Source of the DNA: Coprothermobacterota bacterium
Lineage (GTDB): Bacteria; Coprothermobacterota; HKB111
Assembly (NCBI GenBank): GCA_037440465.1
Contig: JBBIUB010000004.1
Span: 1 to 39,967 of the forward strand
Length of the DNA stretch: 39,967 nucleotides
Direction: 5' to 3'
Under the pieces are notes generated by a model. That model did not search any database. It saw nothing but the letters and a program-made list of their open reading frames with translations, and was not told where the DNA came from. Each line of letters begins with the position of its first letter. The first letter of the stretch is position 1. Positions 36,578 through 39,967 of the stretch are shown piece after piece. The translations under genes were made by a program, and so were the position numbers.

Positions 36578-37096
36578 TTATTTGTGCTCCCATTTATTGA
36601 AGAAAACAATCTCTTCCAGAGGGAGTCGGGGACGGGGAGGAGGTTCTTCTGCTGGATAACCAACAGTTATCAGGTCAACAACTTGATATTCCTCAGGGAT
36701 TTCCAAAACCTGCTTAACTTCTTCCTGGTTGAAAGCGCCTATAAAACAGGTCCCCAAACCTTTTTCAGTAGCTGCTAACACCATATGGGTCAAGGCAATC
36801 CCGATATCTACAATCTGAGCAGAAACTCCACATCGCATAATATACGAAGGGTTTATTCCTACAGCTGCAATCACTGCTGCAGCTTCTCCAACGAATTTCT
36901 GATTGGCACAGGCTGGAACAAGCCTTTCTCTAACTTCTTTATTTAGAGCTACCACAAAACGCCAGGGTTGTAAATTCTTAGCAGAAGGAGCAAGTTGACC
37001 TGCTCTAAGAACTTCTAGTAAAACATCCTCAGAGATAGGTTCATCCTTGTATTTTCTTATACTACGCCTTTTTGTTATTGCTTCAAAGACTTCCAT
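36578..37096 (-). CDS. Nitroreductase family protein
   Basis: RRSIRKY, APSAKNLQPW, GLGTC, GYP. Confidence 0.93.
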   Translation of the reverse strand: MEVFEAITKRRSIRKYKDEPISEDVLLEVLRAGQLAPSAKNLQPWRFVVALNKEVRERLVPACANQKFVGEAAAVIAAVGINPSYIMRCGVSAQIVDIGIALTHMVLAATEKGLGTCFIGAFNQEEVKQVLEIPEEYQVVDLITVGYPAEEPPPRPRLPLEEIVFFNKWEHK

Positions 37097-37234
37097 TTTA
37101 ACCTCCTAAAATATCGTTTTTCTCTGTTTTTTTCTCTGATATTTAGATTAATACGGGTTATTTTTCTTTCCTCAATTTATTTTATCAGAGTGTAGCTGGA
37201 ACCCAGCAAAAAAATCCTTTATCAGAAGTTTAAA

Positions 37235-37567
37235 TTATTCTTCTCTTATATCCCTAATTCTCTCCTCAGCTTCTTCCACCTTTACCTTGCCTTCAGATAG
37301 ATCAGCCAAAACTTTTCTAATTTCATCTCTTTCTTTTTTGTCACCTGATGGGGAAGTAAAATTGAAACGCCAACCTTCACCCATCCACCAGCGACGCTTT
37401 CTATGCCCCCATATTCCTTCAATTAGTTCATAAAGACCCAGAATTATGAGAATAACTGGCCAATCCCTTCCCCAATCAAAAGAGATAGCCTCCAGATTAG
37501 TAAGCCAGATCCATCCACCAAAGAGTATTAAAATTAAACCAGCACTTGGAAAACGACGGCGCCACAT
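37235..37567 (-). CDS. Small membrane protein with LiaI/LiaF-like TM region (copy 1)
   Basis: GLILILFG...WPVILIILG; SHOCT-like tail GKVKVEEA. Confidence 0.7.
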   Translation of the reverse strand: MWRRRFPSAGLILILFGGWIWLTNLEAISFDWGRDWPVILIILGLYELIEGIWGHRKRRWWMGEGWRFNFTSPSGDKKERDEIRKVLADLSEGKVKVEEAEERIRDIREE

Positions 37568-37598
37568 ATTTACACCTCCTTATTCTATCTTTCTTATT

Positions 37599-37646
37599 CT
37601 ATTTTCTTATACTACGCCTTTTTGTTATTGCTTCAAAGACTTCCAT
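37599..37646 (-). pseudogene. Truncated nitroreductase 5' fragment created by the duplication
   Basis: MEVFEAITKRRSIRK followed by TAG at the junction; keeps the SD. Confidence 0.8.
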
Positions 37647-37784
37647 TTTAACCTCCTAAAATATCGTTTTTCTCTGTTTTTTTCTCTGATATTTAGATTA
37701 ATACGGGTTATTTTTCTTTCCTCAATTTATTTTATCAGAGTGTAGCTGGAACCCAGCAAAAAAATCCTTTATCAGAAGTTTAAA

Positions 37785-38117
37785 TTATTCTTCTCTTATA
37801 TCCCTAATTCTCTCCTCAGCTTCTTCCACCTTTACCTTGCCTTCAGATAGATCAGCCAAAACTTTTCTAATTTCATCTCTTTCTTTTTTGTCACCTGATG
37901 GGGAAGTAAAATTGAAACGCCAACCTTCACCCATCCACCAGCGACGCTTTCTATGCCCCCATATTCCTTCAATTAGTTCATAAAGACCCAGAATTATGAG
38001 AATAACTGGCCAATCCCTTCCCCAATCAAAAGAGATAGCCTCCAGATTAGTAAGCCAGATCCATCCACCAAAGAGTATTAAAATTAAACCAGCACTTGGA
38101 AAACGACGGCGCCACAT
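37785..38117 (-). CDS. Small membrane protein with LiaI/LiaF-like TM region (copy 2, identical)
   Basis: Identical to 37235-37567. Confidence 0.7.
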   Translation of the reverse strand: MWRRRFPSAGLILILFGGWIWLTNLEAISFDWGRDWPVILIILGLYELIEGIWGHRKRRWWMGEGWRFNFTSPSGDKKERDEIRKVLADLSEGKVKVEEAEERIRDIREE

Positions 38118-38143
38118 ATTTACACCTCCTTATTCTATCTTTC

Positions 38144-38494
38144 TTATTCTATCCAGATTTTTACTTTATCGCCTTCTTCTGTTTCCACATCAAGAATCTC
38201 ACCAATCTTCCCTTCTCTCGCTAATAGTATTAGTTCTTCCACATCAATCTTATGTTCATCAAGTGTCATCCGGGCGTCTTTCGGAATATATCGCAACATG
38301 ACACTAGCTAGACCCAAAGGAATTCTCAGGTTAACTTTCTTGCCTTCATGACTATTCACCATAAGTCGGATATATTTACCTGCTTCTCTTTTTTCATGCT
38401 TGGATTCAAGAGCAGTTATCAGCCTGTCACCTTCCTCAGCGGTAATCTTACCTTCCTCTACTAACTTAAGAATGGTCATAATCTCTTCCCTCAT
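38144..38494 (-). CDS. SHOCT-like domain protein
   Basis: ILKLVEEGKITAEEG; KVNLRIPL; usual partner of DUF2089. Confidence 0.75.
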   Translation of the reverse strand: MREEIMTILKLVEEGKITAEEGDRLITALESKHEKREAGKYIRLMVNSHEGKKVNLRIPLGLASVMLRYIPKDARMTLDEHKIDVEELILLAREGKIGEILDVETEEGDKVKIWIE

Positions 38495-38498
38495 GAAA

Positions 38499-38882
38499 TT
38501 ACCTCCTCTCCTTTCTCAGGAGTTCCATAGCTTCTTTTGTGTTTATCTCTCCCTTTTCCAACCTTTTCAACACATCCACTCTTTCCAAATGTTCTTCCTC
38601 TTTTTCATCAAAAGGAGTTAGACCTAATTTCTCAATGATTGCCTCCATTCTACTTCGAACAGTGGGATAAGAGACTCCCAGAACTCTTTCCATCTCTTTT
38701 AGGTTTCCGCGCGCTTGAAGAAAAAGGAGAACAAATTCCTCATCTTTATCACTGAGCACCTTTAATGGTGAAGGTATAAATGAACCTTTCACCATTACCT
38801 CACAGGAAGTGCAGGCAAGTTCCTGAACTTCCATAAGAGAATTACACACCGGACATAATGGTAAACCTTTAATATTTTTCAT
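38499..38882 (-). CDS. DUF2089 family protein (Zn ribbon plus HTH)
   Basis: CPVC...CTSC; GNLKEMERVLGVSYPTVR. Confidence 0.88.
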   Translation of the reverse strand: MKNIKGLPLCPVCNSLMEVQELACTSCEVMVKGSFIPSPLKVLSDKDEEFVLLFLQARGNLKEMERVLGVSYPTVRSRMEAIIEKLGLTPFDEKEEEHLERVDVLKRLEKGEINTKEAMELLRKERR

Positions 38883-38905
38883 TTTTTTATTAACCTCTCT
38901 AATAT

Positions 38906-38933
38906 ATTATATTAATATTTTTACATTTGTCAA
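38906..38933 (-). promoter_or_regulatory. Consensus sigma70 promoter for the DUF2089 operon
   Basis: TTGACA-16 bp-TATAAT. Confidence 0.7.
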
Positions 38934-38942
38934 AAAAGCCAA

Positions 38943-39961
38943 AAAGGGGTCAACTCTATTTATAGCCTATTTTTCAACTTATACTCATATGCAATAAATT
39001 AAATAAAGAGTCTACTAATACAAACAGGGAATGTTATCAAATCTATTTTTTTGATTGTTACGTTTGTTATTATGTTATAATGAAATCAAATATATGCCTA
39101 GGCCATTAAGAATTACTGCTCCAAATCTTTACTATCACATCATTAATCGAGGAAACAACAGGCAACTTGTTTTCCGAGATGATAAAGACTTTACTTATTT
39201 CATAACCCTCCTAAAAAGATATAAAAATGAATTAGAATTCAAACTTTATCACTTCTGCCTGATGCCAAATCACCTCCATCTTGTTATCAAACCAACGATT
39301 GATAGAAGCCTTCCTAAAATCATGCTTAAACTTGATCTTGCTTATGCTACCTATCTAAACAAAAAGTACAATAACACAGGGCATGTCTGGCAGGGGAGAT
39401 ATAGAAGTTCCCTAATTGATTCAGATAGTTATTTTATAAACTGCGGTTTATATGTGGAATTAAATCCAGTAAGGGCAGGATTGGTTAAGAATCCTGAAGA
39501 TTGGCCTTGGTCCAGCTACAGGTTTTATATCTCAGAAACTACCGACCCACTTAAGAATAATCTCGTTAATCCATTTATAAATGGATTAATAGATATGGAC
39601 CCCTACTATCTGGAACTCGGGGAAGATAACCTAAAACGTCAAAATATTTATAGAGAATATATAAAAAAAATAATTGACGAGGAGTTCACAGAGATAATTC
39701 GACAGGGGTTAAGATGTGGTATATATGGGGATCAAGAATTTAAGCTCACAATTCAAGAACAATTTAAAATTAACCCACTAATGTCCAGGGGTAGGCCAGT
39801 CAAAATTAAGGAAATCAGTCAACAAAGAGTTCGAGGAAGGCCAAGGAAGGAAAAAAATAAATTATTATAAAAACTAAAGAGAAGGCCAACGAGGTAAAAA
39901 AAGGTAAAACAAGTAGTAATGCCTTAATTTAAAAAAAACGATAAATAGAGTTGACCCCTTT
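38943..39961 (+). mobile_element. 1019-bp element: RAYT-like HUH transposase with 21-bp perfect terminal inverted repeats
   Basis: aaaggggtcaactctatttat at 38943-38963 and its exact reverse complement at 39941-39961; AT-rich interior. Confidence 0.8.
39094..39870 (+). CDS. REP-associated tyrosine transposase-like Y1 HUH protein (start revised to ATG 39094)
   Basis: MPRPLR, YHIINRGN, LMPNHLH (HUH), WQGRY, YVELNPVRAG, WPWSSY; extended -10 TGtTATAAT at 39073-39081. Confidence 0.92.
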   Translation: MPRPLRITAPNLYYHIINRGNNRQLVFRDDKDFTYFITLLKRYKNELEFKLYHFCLMPNHLHLVIKPTIDRSLPKIMLKLDLAYATYLNKKYNNTGHVWQGRYRSSLIDSDSYFINCGLYVELNPVRAGLVKNPEDWPWSSYRFYISETTDPLKNNLVNPFINGLIDMDPYYLELGEDNLKRQNIYREYIKKIIDEEFTEIIRQGLRCGIYGDQEFKLTIQEQFKINPLMSRGRPVKIKEISQQRVRGRPRKEKNKLL

Positions 39962-39967
39962 ACTAAA

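Larger units (their letters stand above)
37050..38152. repeat. Exact 550-bp tandem duplication
   Basis: 37050-37602 is identical to 37600-38152; 3-bp TAT microhomology at the junction. Confidence 0.95.

Noticed and set aside
37135..37226. TTTATCAGA repeats and a small hairpin upstream of the nitroreductase
   Set aside because: Could be an operator, but too short to distinguish from chance
274..38621. Many short ORFs antisense to, or overlapping, well-supported genes (e.g. 274-513, 9204-9665, 10184-10627, 16495-16914, 29868-30314, 37446-37745)
   Set aside because: Shadow frames of real genes; no motifs or SD
38930..39967. Target-site duplication or tnpB/IS605 structure for the transposase element
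   Set aside because: Outer flanks differ (gccaa vs actaaa); no second ORF inside the IRs

Overview
Bacterial chromosomal window, mostly housekeeping genes; the gene content suggests a thermophilic or anaerobic lineage (inference only). Left to right it holds: a type IV pilin/pseudopilin paralog cluster (three ORFs plus a pilin pseudogene missed by the ORF track); ZIP transporter, HAD-IIA, lipA and DUF3048 genes; a KamB-like P-loop protein that apparently starts at ATT; a maltodextrin ABC transporter plus GH57 amylopullulanase operon and a stand-alone DOMON-like protein; GH13-secG-pgk-gap; mgtE; der-ispH-plsC-cmk; M50 peptidase, tRNA nucleotidyltransferase, pdp and Na/Pi cotransporter; moaA-moeA-moeA; a nitroreductase; an exact 550-bp tandem duplication in a DUF2089 operon; and a RAYT-like HUH transposase. 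The most striking signals are non-coding. The RAYT-like gene is bounded by perfect 21-bp terminal inverted repeats. The 7.3-kb maltodextrin operon is tightly bracketed by ~50-bp composite inverted repeats. mgtE is bracketed by 37-bp inverted REP-like elements and has a leader that can sequester its ribosome-binding site. Several REP-like repeat families are dispersed through the window, and one copy supplies the lipA C-terminus. No rRNA, tRNA or CRISPR array was recognised.
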